From IMG/VR virus record IMGVR_UViG_3300048897_000074, positions 1 through 25,081 of that record: a stretch of DNA of 25,081 nucleotides. The stretch is one strand, 5' to 3'. This document shows positions 8,759-16,984 of the stretch, piece by piece. Under the pieces are notes generated by a model. The model had not been told where the DNA came from and did no database searches. It was given only the letters and a program-made list of their open reading frames with translations. Position numbers and translations under genes: made by a program. Each line of letters opens with the position of its first letter. Position 1 is the first letter of the stretch. Origin of the DNA: a virus. Its lineage: Duplodnaviria; Caudoviricetes.

Positions 8759-8768
8759 GGATTCAGCC

Positions 8769-9386
8769 ATGTTAGATTCAGATATCAGCAATCCCGACTC
8801 CCGATTGTATGTGGAGTTTTACAGCAAGCCGGTCCAGAACGAATTCAAGACCAAGGTCGAGGGGCGGCCTATTTTCGATGATATGGATTTTGTCAAAATC
8901 TATGTCCCTGGCGACAATACAACCGTTATTGATACATTTGCCCGTGATGATCATAAAGCCCGCTTCCCGCTGCATTGGGCGCATTATCAAAACACACACG
9001 GGGAGAATAAGGAGACCGGTACTCCATTAAGCGCATGGTCCATCCTGGCGGCGTCGCAAGTTGAAGAACTGAGAGCCCTGAAGTTCTTTACCGTGGAATC
9101 GATTGCGACGGCCTCCGACGCTCAACTCCAACGCATTGGCATGATTGCCGGCATGGGTCCGACGGCCTTCCGTGAGCGCGCGCAACGCTATTTACATGCC
9201 GCTAAAGATGAAGGCTTCGTCTCTCAAGTGTCAGAGAAAGCCAAGCAGCTGGAAGAAGAAAATACTAGAATGAAGGCTGATATGGAAGAAATGAAGCAGA
9301 TGATTGCGCAGTTGGCGGCCAATCAGAAAGCCAAACCCGGACCGAAGCCAAAGGACGATAGCCCGAAAGATGAGGAAGCCGCCTAA
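8769..9386 (+). CDS. conserved phage protein (205 aa), helix-hairpin-helix-like centre and coiled-coil C-terminus
   Basis: GRPIF, ARFP..W..Y, GTPL..W and FFTVESIA.ASD motifs recur in genes between capsid and adaptor; function unknown. Confidence 0.7.
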   Translation: MLDSDISNPDSRLYVEFYSKPVQNEFKTKVEGRPIFDDMDFVKIYVPGDNTTVIDTFARDDHKARFPLHWAHYQNTHGENKETGTPLSAWSILAASQVEELRALKFFTVESIATASDAQLQRIGMIAGMGPTAFRERAQRYLHAAKDEGFVSQVSEKAKQLEEENTRMKADMEEMKQMIAQLAANQKAKPGPKPKDDSPKDEEAA

Positions 9387-10283
9387 ATGAACATGCTGCA
9401 ATTGGTCCAAGCCGCGACCGGCGAGATGGGGTTGAGTGTTCCGACCTATGTCGCCGGCAATACCGTGCAGGATGTTACACAACTTTATGCACTGATTAAT
9501 GCGTGCGGGGCTGATTTGCAGCGTGAATACGACTGGCAGCGACTGGCTACCGAATATCGATTTACCACCCAATACACGCAGATGACGGGCACCACAATAC
9601 TGGGCTCACCCATTGTTACCGGGCTTTCCTCAACCACCGGCCTTAGTTCAAGCTATCAGGTCATTGGTACCGGGATCAATACCGATATCTATGTGCAGTC
9701 CGTCGATTCACCGACGCAGGTCACATTGACCCAAAATGCCACGGCGTCAGGGTCGGTAACATTATCCTTCTGCCAGACCAAATATGCCTTTCCCTCGGAT
9801 TATGATCGGTTGATCGACCGCACCGAATGGGATAAGACAAAACGCTGGGAAATGCTCGGCCCTGAAACGGCGCAGGAATGGCAATGGCTGAAATCCGCCT
9901 ATATCGCGACCGGACCACGGGCACGGTTCAGAATAATTCAGAACACGTTTCAAATCTGGCCGCCAATGGCGAGTAGCGAGTATTTGGGCTGGGAATACAT
10001 CAGTAAAAACTGGGCCGTCGATGTCAGCGGTACGCCTAAATCCGCGTTTACGGCCGATACGGACACCTGCATATTTCCCGACCGGTTGATGATAGGGTTT
10101 CTGAAATACAAATACTTTGAGGTCAAGGGCTTTGACTCGACTGCCTTTCTGAAATCGTTCTCGCGGGAATTGAATATTTCCAAAGCCAGCGATTCGGGCT
10201 CACGAACTCTGTCCTTCGCACCCACCCTTCCTGGCGTGCTGATTACGCCTGCCAATATTCCTGACAGCAATATGGGCAGCTAA
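9387..10283 (+). CDS. head-tail adaptor / tail tubular protein A
   Basis: Helical N-terminus LQLVQ....EMGL, DWQRL, Y.FPSDYDR, EYISKNW; precedes the nozzle gene. Confidence 0.78.
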   Translation: MNMLQLVQAATGEMGLSVPTYVAGNTVQDVTQLYALINACGADLQREYDWQRLATEYRFTTQYTQMTGTTILGSPIVTGLSSTTGLSSSYQVIGTGINTDIYVQSVDSPTQVTLTQNATASGSVTLSFCQTKYAFPSDYDRLIDRTEWDKTKRWEMLGPETAQEWQWLKSAYIATGPRARFRIIQNTFQIWPPMASSEYLGWEYISKNWAVDVSGTPKSAFTADTDTCIFPDRLMIGFLKYKYFEVKGFDSTAFLKSFSRELNISKASDSGSRTLSFAPTLPGVLITPANIPDSNMGS

Positions 10284-11806
10284 TGGCTAAGCGCACCCAT
10301 TCCGCCTCACTCCCCGGTCCTACTGGTGGTTGGAATGCCCGCGACTCGATTGCGGACATGGCGCCGACCGATGCCCGGTTTCTCACCAACTGGTTTCCGT
10401 CGGCCTCCGATTTAGTGTTGCGGTTTGGCTTTACGCAATGGGCGACGGGTTTGGGCGCGCAGGTCGAAACGATTGCCAATTATGCCGGAGGAACAACGGA
10501 TAGTTTATTCGCCTGGGCCAGCACGCATGTGTATGACGTGACAGCCGGGGGTGCGGTGGGGGCCGCAGTGGTTTCCGGGTTAACCAATGCCCGCTGGCAG
10601 TTTGTCAATATGGCCAACGGAGCCGGGAATTGGCTGATTGCTGTTAATGGTACGGACAAGTTACTCAATTACGACGGCACGACCTGGATCAGCGTGGATG
10701 GGGCGAGTGCCCATGCTATTACTGGAGTCACCACGAGTAATCTGATTAATGTTCACTTGTTCAAACACCGACTGTGGTTTGTTGAAAAGCAAACGCTGAA
10801 CGCCTGGTATTTAGGTGTAGATGCCATTGCCGGCGCTGCCACAATATTCCCTCTCGGTGAGATTGCCTCGGAGGGCGGACATCTGGTTGCGATGGGGTCC
10901 TGGACTATCGACGCGGGTTCTGGGGTAGACGATTTATTGGCGTTTGTGACCAGTAAAGGTCAAGTCATAGTTTACAAGGGGACCGATCCTTCCAGTGCGT
11001 CTACCTGGGCCGTGGTGGGGGTGTGGAAACTCGGTTCTCCAGTGGGTTATCGGTGCTTCATGAAGTATGCCGGGGACCTTCTGTTGATTTGCCAAGACGG
11101 TCTACTTCCCATGTCGTCGGCCCTTCAGTATTCGCGGATCAACCCCGAAGTCGCATTGACCAACAAAATACAAACGGCCGCTTCTACCGCTATTGATATT
11201 TATGGGTCAAATAACGGCTGGTGCTTATTGTATTACCCAAAAAACAACATGCTGTTCATGAACGTTCCTGTCTCTACAGGACAGCAACAACAATTTGTCA
11301 TGAACACGATTACTAAGTCTTGGTGTAATTTTACCGGCTGGGCTGCTAATTGTTGGGAATTGTTTCAGGACGAGCCCTATTTCGGGGCTAACGGGGTTGT
11401 CTGCAAAGCATGGGATACTCTGTCCGACAATGGCAATAATATTAACGGCTCGGCGTCACAAGCGTTTAATTATTTTGGATTCAGGGGTCAGTTAAAGCGT
11501 TGGACACTAGCTCGCCCGTTAATCGCGTGTAACGGTATTCCTGCAGTTCAGGTCGGATTAGATATCGATTTCGAAGAACAGCCCATTGCGCCTATTTCCA
11601 CTGCCACTGGGGCTGCGGGGGCAGTCTGGGATGCTGCTGTCTGGGACGCGAATGTGTGGGGAGGTGATCTGTCTATCTACCGCTCATGGCAGGGGGTGAC
11701 AGGATTGGGGTTTTGTGCCTCCATCCGAATGACCGCTGCAAGTGCAGGTAAGGAAACCCACTGGCTGGGTACGGACATTACCATGGAGCTTGGGGATACC
11801 CTGTAG
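10283..11806 (+). CDS. tail nozzle / tail tubular protein B (P22 gp10-like DNA stabilization protein)
   Basis: 507 aa, beta-propeller-like; P.GGWNARDS N-terminus, FKHRLWFV, WDAAVWDANVWGG; TAATG coupling to the adaptor. Confidence 0.8.
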   Translation: MAKRTHSASLPGPTGGWNARDSIADMAPTDARFLTNWFPSASDLVLRFGFTQWATGLGAQVETIANYAGGTTDSLFAWASTHVYDVTAGGAVGAAVVSGLTNARWQFVNMANGAGNWLIAVNGTDKLLNYDGTTWISVDGASAHAITGVTTSNLINVHLFKHRLWFVEKQTLNAWYLGVDAIAGAATIFPLGEIASEGGHLVAMGSWTIDAGSGVDDLLAFVTSKGQVIVYKGTDPSSASTWAVVGVWKLGSPVGYRCFMKYAGDLLLICQDGLLPMSSALQYSRINPEVALTNKIQTAASTAIDIYGSNNGWCLLYYPKNNMLFMNVPVSTGQQQQFVMNTITKSWCNFTGWAANCWELFQDEPYFGANGVVCKAWDTLSDNGNNINGSASQAFNYFGFRGQLKRWTLARPLIACNGIPAVQVGLDIDFEEQPIAPISTATGAAGAVWDAAVWDANVWGGDLSIYRSWQGVTGLGFCASIRMTAASAGKETHWLGTDITMELGDTL

Positions 11807-11851
11807 ACATATAAATAGTTGTGGCATCCAATTCTATGAGCTAAAGGCATT

Positions 11852-12310
11852 ATGAGCGCAAGCCGAATCATCGACAATCAGCCGGGCCGAGTAGGTCGAT
11901 GGGTGATTGAGCGTACCGGTGGGATTTATTCGAAGACAGACAGTTCCGCAATCGGTCTGGAGAAAGATGGCAAATTGATCGCCGGTACGCTATATACTGG
12001 ATTTAACGGCCAATCCGTGGCCATGCATATTGCCTGTGACGGATCGTTAACAAGAGAATTCATCTGGTTCTGTTTTTATTACGCGTTTGAACAATTAAAC
12101 GTCAAAAAAGTGCTGGGGCTGGTAGAATCCACCCATCATAAAGCACTGGAACTGGATAAGCGCTTAGGGTTTGTCCATGAACATACGATTAAAGATGGTG
12201 GCCGGGAGAATGATCTTATTATTCTCTCGATGACCAAAGCGCAATGTAGATGGTTGAACGCTGTGAAGCGTGCAGGAGTTAATGATGGGTGGAAAATCCA
12301 GCTCGCCTAA
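11852..12310 (+). CDS. GNAT-fold acetyltransferase-like virion assembly protein
   Basis: AIGLEKDGKLIAG, FYYAFEQL, ALELDKRLGFVHE, SMTKAQCRWL; canonical position between nozzle and ejection genes. Confidence 0.8.
   Translation: MSASRIIDNQPGRVGRWVIERTGGIYSKTDSSAIGLEKDGKLIAGTLYTGFNGQSVAMHIACDGSLTREFIWFCFYYAFEQLNVKKVLGLVESTHHKALELDKRLGFVHEHTIKDGGRENDLIILSMTKAQCRWLNAVKRAGVNDGWKIQLA
12257..12278 (+). promoter_or_regulatory. hairpin ACGCT-GTGA-AGCGT abutting Shine-Dalgarno of first ejection gene (copy 2 of 3)
   Basis: Exact 15-nt match to 3547-3561; AGGAG at 12274-12278. Confidence 0.7.
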
Positions 12311-13307
12311 AACACCCGATTATGCTGGCGCGGCAACCGCAACAGCGCAGGGCAATTTAGATGCGGCAAGGGCTGCTTCGGCAGCGAATCGCGTCAATCA
12401 AAACACCCCTTACGGTTCGCTAACGTATTCTCAAACGCCCACCTATGGCGCCGATGGCAAATTAAACCCGGATGCCGGATGGCAGGCCAATTACAATCTG
12501 TCTCCCACGGGACAGAAATTGCTCGATGCCAGCAATAATTCGTCCCTGGGATTGGCCGATCTGCAACAGGGGGCCCTGAACAATACACAATCGTCGCTTT
12601 CCAAGCCCTTCGATTATTCCTCCGTAGGGGATGTACAGAATGCCGCTGAAAGCGCTATTACGTCTCGGCTCGATCCCCAATGGACGCAAAACAAGCAGCA
12701 AATGGATGCCCAGCTGGCCAATCAAGGCATTATGCCAGGATCGGAAGCTTACAATAATCAAATGCGCACCTTTAATCAGGGCAAGAATGATGCTTACCAA
12801 CAAGCTGTTCTGGCCGGTATCCAGACCATGCCGCAAACCTACCAAATGGCGTCTTCCTTAAGAAGCCAGCCGCTCAACGAGTTGAATGCAATTCGGTCGG
12901 GCTCGCAAGTGCAGAATCCGACCTTCCAAAGTGTGCCTCAGCAGGCCACAACGTCGGGTGCCAATCAACTCGGAGCGATGCAAGCGGCCTACGGCTCCAA
13001 TCTGAATGCTTCCAATGCCTCGAATGCGGCCAGTAACGGCATGATGGGGGGGTTATTTAATCTGGGCGGCTCGATAGTCGGTGCGGCGGGTAATTCCGGT
13101 GGGTTTAGTAATTTGTTCTCGGATCGCCGGCTGAAATCCAACATTCGTTTAATTGGAAAGCGCGGCAAGCATCAATGGTATCGCTATACGATATTCGGTC
13201 GCCAGGAGGAAGGAGTGATGGCGCAGGAAGTATTAGAGATTAATCCAAATGCGGTCTCTATGCATCCCTCCGGCTATTACCAAGTTAATTATGGTGCGCT
13301 CGAATAA
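12285..13307 (+). CDS. DNA ejection/pilot protein with C-terminal peptidase S74 (intramolecular chaperone) domain
   Basis: MGGKSSSPKTPDY start after RBS AGGAG (alternative ATG 12282); NRVNQNTPYGSL; Q/N/A-rich; FSDRRLKSNI...GVMAQEV...GYYQVNY is an S74 signature. Confidence 0.8.
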   Translation: MGGKSSSPKTPDYAGAATATAQGNLDAARAASAANRVNQNTPYGSLTYSQTPTYGADGKLNPDAGWQANYNLSPTGQKLLDASNNSSLGLADLQQGALNNTQSSLSKPFDYSSVGDVQNAAESAITSRLDPQWTQNKQQMDAQLANQGIMPGSEAYNNQMRTFNQGKNDAYQQAVLAGIQTMPQTYQMASSLRSQPLNELNAIRSGSQVQNPTFQSVPQQATTSGANQLGAMQAAYGSNLNASNASNAASNGMMGGLFNLGGSIVGAAGNSGGFSNLFSDRRLKSNIRLIGKRGKHQWYRYTIFGRQEEGVMAQEVLEINPNAVSMHPSGYYQVNYGALE

Positions 13308-13317
13308 GGCTTAAATC

Positions 13318-14022
13318 ATGAGTATTTGGAGTAAATGGTCCGACAAGCTATTTGATTCCCAACAGCGTGGTTGGGTTGGCCACAAGGTCAATGATATTTT
13401 AGGGGATGAGTTCCAGCACCATTTAACCGATTTTACGGTGACGGGGGATCCCTTTCAGGCCCACTACATGGGGTACCAGGATGCCATCCAGCATGGCGAT
13501 TCCGGCTGGGCAAGAGTTAATCGGAACAGTGAAAAAGTTGCTGCTATCTTGGCGGCTATTTATGGGGGTGTGGCCGCCGCTGGCGGTAGTACGGGTGGCG
13601 CTGGAGCGGGTGCTGGAGCAGGCGGTGGTGCCGAGGCAGGCGGCTCAATAGGCTCTCTATACGGTGCTGGCGGCGGCTTAGACTATGGGGCTAGTGGCAG
13701 CGTAGCGGGAGGGGCCGATGGTTCGATTGGGTCGCTCTATGGTGCTAATAGTGGGCTGGATTATTCGGCGGCCGGGGGTGAGGGAATTGGCGGTGGTTCG
13801 ACAGCGGGGGGTGCCAACTGGCAAAACCTGTTAGGCAAAGCCTTAAATGCCTATGGTAAGGGCTCGCAACAAGGCCAAAGCCAAGGAGGTTATACCGACT
13901 CCGGCATTCCAGATTTCAGTCAGCCGGCGTTTGTCTATCCCCCCGAGTACAAAATGCAACAATATTCAATCGCTCCCAATCAATACAATTCCGGTCTGAT
14001 GCGCGGTGATTACAATGCCTAA
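13318..14022 (+). CDS. Gly-rich putative ejection/internal virion protein
   Basis: Lies in the ejection module; hydrophobic VAAILAAIYGGVAAAGG followed by a Gly-rich tract with an internal repeat. Confidence 0.65.
   Translation: MSIWSKWSDKLFDSQQRGWVGHKVNDILGDEFQHHLTDFTVTGDPFQAHYMGYQDAIQHGDSGWARVNRNSEKVAAILAAIYGGVAAAGGSTGGAGAGAGAGGGAEAGGSIGSLYGAGGGLDYGASGSVAGGADGSIGSLYGANSGLDYSAAGGEGIGGGSTAGGANWQNLLGKALNAYGKGSQQGQSQGGYTDSGIPDFSQPAFVYPPEYKMQQYSIAPNQYNSGLMRGDYNA
13642..13764 (+). repeat. intragenic duplication GSIGSLYGAxxGLDY x2 (78-nt period)
   Basis: Copies at 13642-13686 and 13720-13764 share 13 of 15 residues with diverged codons. Confidence 0.8.
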
Positions 14023-15199
14023 CACGTTTCTGGCACCCGATGCGCAAGAACAACAATTACAGCAGCGCCAAGCCTTCGCCCAAGCCTTAATGCAACAAGG
14101 GATGCAAGGTAACGGCCAAACGCAGATGGCGGGCAATGTCGCTGTTCGTAATAGTCCCATCTCCGGGTTTGCCAATATGCTCAGTGCGTACCTGGGCGGC
14201 AAGATGAACCATGATGCCACCCAACAACTCGGGGCATTGAACGATCAGAAGCGGCAAAAAACGGCCGAATTATTACGCCAAGGCTTTGATGCGCTGAAAA
14301 ATGGCGATCAGCAAGGCGCTGCACAGACCTTTGCCAGTGATCCGAGCCTTGCTCCTTATGCTCAAGAGATTATGAAAGGGCAGATTAGCCAGCAGTCCCA
14401 GCAAGCCAAGCCATTCGATCTGGGTGATGTGGCTAAATACGATCCCGCTTCCGTCGCGCGCTTTAGACAAACGGGAAACTATGGTGATCTACAACTTGCT
14501 GATCGGCAGGCATCGCCATTAAGCGAATACCAACGGCGTGAGCTTGAGCTGCGTGAAAGGCAGTTGGCACAAGAAAATGGCGGTAATACCGATAAATACC
14601 ATCCCCCCATTCAAACCTCGTCTGGATGGCTTAAATGGGATGGGAAGAATGGGTATGTGCCAATGGTTGATGCCAAGGGCAATCCTTATTTACCACCCGG
14701 AGTGGATGCAAAGACCCAGCGGGATGTGGCGGGGGCGAAAGCAGAAGGTACCGCAACAGGAACGGCAACGGGTGGGGCGAAAGCCAATCTTGACTATGCC
14801 AAACAGTCGGTTGATGAGATTGACTCGACGATTGATCAGCTGGCTAATCATCCGGGCATAAAAGGCATTACCGGGGTTCGTGGGGCGATTCCCAACATAC
14901 CCGGCAGTGAGGCAGCGGATGCAGAAGCCTTGCGCCAACAATTAGGCGGGAAGGTGTTTTTGCAAGCTCGCCAAGCGCTTAAAGGTGGCGGTCAAATCAC
15001 CGATTATGAAGGCCAAAAAGCGGAAGAAGCTTATGCGCGCATGCAGAAAGCCCAATCGCCGGAAGCCTTTCAGAAGGCTCTTCAAGAGTATAAACAACAT
15101 GTTCATCGCGGCTTTGAGATTTTGCAGAAACAGGCAAGCGGCAATTTAGATTTGCCTGCCGTCAATGCACGCCCTCCATTGTCATCCTTTGGGGGCTAG
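14015..15199 (+). CDS. DNA ejection (transfer) protein
   Basis: Q/A-rich helical protein; LKGGGQITDYEG...A.ARM C-terminal motif seen in ejection proteins; ATG 14015 after GGTGA. Confidence 0.7.
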   Translation: MPNTFLAPDAQEQQLQQRQAFAQALMQQGMQGNGQTQMAGNVAVRNSPISGFANMLSAYLGGKMNHDATQQLGALNDQKRQKTAELLRQGFDALKNGDQQGAAQTFASDPSLAPYAQEIMKGQISQQSQQAKPFDLGDVAKYDPASVARFRQTGNYGDLQLADRQASPLSEYQRRELELRERQLAQENGGNTDKYHPPIQTSSGWLKWDGKNGYVPMVDAKGNPYLPPGVDAKTQRDVAGAKAEGTATGTATGGAKANLDYAKQSVDEIDSTIDQLANHPGIKGITGVRGAIPNIPGSEAADAEALRQQLGGKVFLQARQALKGGGQITDYEGQKAEEAYARMQKAQSPEAFQKALQEYKQHVHRGFEILQKQASGNLDLPAVNARPPLSSFGG

Positions 15200-15200
15200 C

Positions 15201-16958
15201 ATGGCCTTTGATCTTGAGGGTGCAAGAAAAGCGGGTTACTCCGATGCTGAAATTGCCGATCATTTAGCGCAAGAATCTAAATTTGATCTTGCGGGCGCGC
15301 GCTCATCCGGCTATTCCGACGCTGAAATTATCTCGCATCTGGCGGTGCGGCCAAAAACTGACAAACCGGCTGACGAATCATTCTTGCAAAAGACCGGGCA
15401 TTTAGCGGGCGTGGCGAATAAGGCCATTGTCGATAATTTGCCTGGGTTGGTATTGGCCCCGGCTGACTTGGCGACGAAAGGGTATAATGCGCTGCACCGA
15501 GGGTATTCCGCCCTGAATCAAGCGATTAACCCCTATGCTCCCACTACTGCTGCTCCTGATCTGCCATTGCCTTCTGCCAGTTATCGGGAAGGGGTCAACC
15601 AAATTAATCAGGTGGTTCCCTTCGGTGCCGACCCTCAGACTGCCGGTGAGCATTTATTGGCTGCCGGAGTCGGCGGTGCTACTAATGCTCTTGGCAGTGT
15701 TGGATTGGGGCAGGCTTTGGCATCTGCTAATAATCCTGTCGTCAGCGGTGTGGGCAACATCCTTGCCCAAAATCCTATTGTCCAGTCTGTTAGCGGCGGT
15801 TCGGCAGGGGCGTCCGGCGAACTAGCCAAGCAACAAGGTATCGGCCCTACTGGGCAGGCCTTAGCGAGCCTAGCGGGTGGTTTGCTGGGTGGTGGTTTGG
15901 CGATGCCCTTTAGTAAAACACCCCCGATTGAGCCCACTCCTCCCAGCAATCCTGGACCTGCTGGAGAGTATCAGAAAGCTGTTTCAGCGCTGGATGAGCA
16001 AGGTATTCCGCTAACCACTGGACAACGTTCTGGAACGAATTGGATTAAAGCTACCGAGCGCGGCTTGGCCGAAGTCCCTCTCGGGGGTAAGCCCATTCAA
16101 AATGCGTTCGAGGATCAGGCCAGAGCCTATCAGGCGGCCTTATTACGACAAGCCGGTAATGCGTCCGGCGATAATATGGTCACGCGCGAAACGCTGGACC
16201 GTACTCGATCTACTTTAGGCCAAAAATACGCAGAGGCTTTGTCGAATAAATCCTTAAACCTGTCGGATGAGGATTTCATTAATAATCTGGCGGCGATTGA
16301 AACCAAACACACACAAATGCTGCCGTTTGAACAAAAGCAACAGGTTAAACAAATCATCAATGATTTTCTCGACAAAGCGGCTGCACTCAAAAGCGAAGGT
16401 AAAGGTTTGTCGGGCGAGGATTATCAACGGCTTCGTTCGACATTGGGCCAAAAAGCCGCTGGCACCCAAAACAGTTATATTTCCGGGCTCTATTCCGATC
16501 TAAAAGGCGCCGTCGATGATTTATTCGGCAGGACGGCGGGTCCGGATAAGTTCAACATCGACTCCCAGTATGCCCGTCTTAAACAGCTTCAATCCATTTA
16601 TGAGCGCACCGGTGGACCCGCTGCCAGCGAGGGATTTATCAGTCCCGTACAGGTGGCCAGAGAAGCTGCCGGAGCACCGGGGGGTGTGGATTGGCAGGAC
16701 TTCACCCGAAATGCCGCTGCTGTCCTACCGGATCGGATCGGGAATAGCGGTACGGCCCAGCGCCATATGATTATGAACATGTTAATGGGCGGCGGCGCGA
16801 TTACTCATCCCGGTGCTACCGCTTTAGGGGTCGGAACGGCCAATTTATTAGCCAGAGGTCTGGCGAGCGGCAAACAACTCCCCAGTTCTCAAACCATGGC
16901 ACAAGCATTGATCAAGGCCGGTTATCCCGCCTCAATCGCGGCGTTGCAACAACAATAA
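15201..16958 (+). CDS. large DNA ejection (transfer) protein
   Basis: N-terminal FD..GAR..GYSDAEI repeats, Gly/Ala hydrophobic stretches, GIPLTTGQ and NSGTAQR motifs; ATG 1 nt after the previous stop. Confidence 0.75.
   Translation: MAFDLEGARKAGYSDAEIADHLAQESKFDLAGARSSGYSDAEIISHLAVRPKTDKPADESFLQKTGHLAGVANKAIVDNLPGLVLAPADLATKGYNALHRGYSALNQAINPYAPTTAAPDLPLPSASYREGVNQINQVVPFGADPQTAGEHLLAAGVGGATNALGSVGLGQALASANNPVVSGVGNILAQNPIVQSVSGGSAGASGELAKQQGIGPTGQALASLAGGLLGGGLAMPFSKTPPIEPTPPSNPGPAGEYQKAVSALDEQGIPLTTGQRSGTNWIKATERGLAEVPLGGKPIQNAFEDQARAYQAALLRQAGNASGDNMVTRETLDRTRSTLGQKYAEALSNKSLNLSDEDFINNLAAIETKHTQMLPFEQKQQVKQIINDFLDKAAALKSEGKGLSGEDYQRLRSTLGQKAAGTQNSYISGLYSDLKGAVDDLFGRTAGPDKFNIDSQYARLKQLQSIYERTGGPAASEGFISPVQVAREAAGAPGGVDWQDFTRNAAAVLPDRIGNSGTAQRHMIMNMLMGGGAITHPGATALGVGTANLLARGLASGKQLPSSQTMAQALIKAGYPASIAALQQQ
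15207..15344 (+). repeat. tandem 21-aa repeat FDLxGARxxGYSDAEIxxHLA x2
   Basis: Copies at 15207-15269 and 15282-15344. Confidence 0.85.
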
Positions 16959-16978
16959 TGCTGAGAAGCATTAAGGAG
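16956..16978 (+). promoter_or_regulatory. hairpin TAATGCT-GAGA-AGCATTA abutting Shine-Dalgarno of tail fibre 1 (copy 3 of 3)
   Basis: 7-bp stem, GNRA loop, compensatory C-G to T-A change relative to copies 1 and 2; AGGAG at the same spacing. Confidence 0.65.
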
Positions 16979-16984
16979 TAACCT

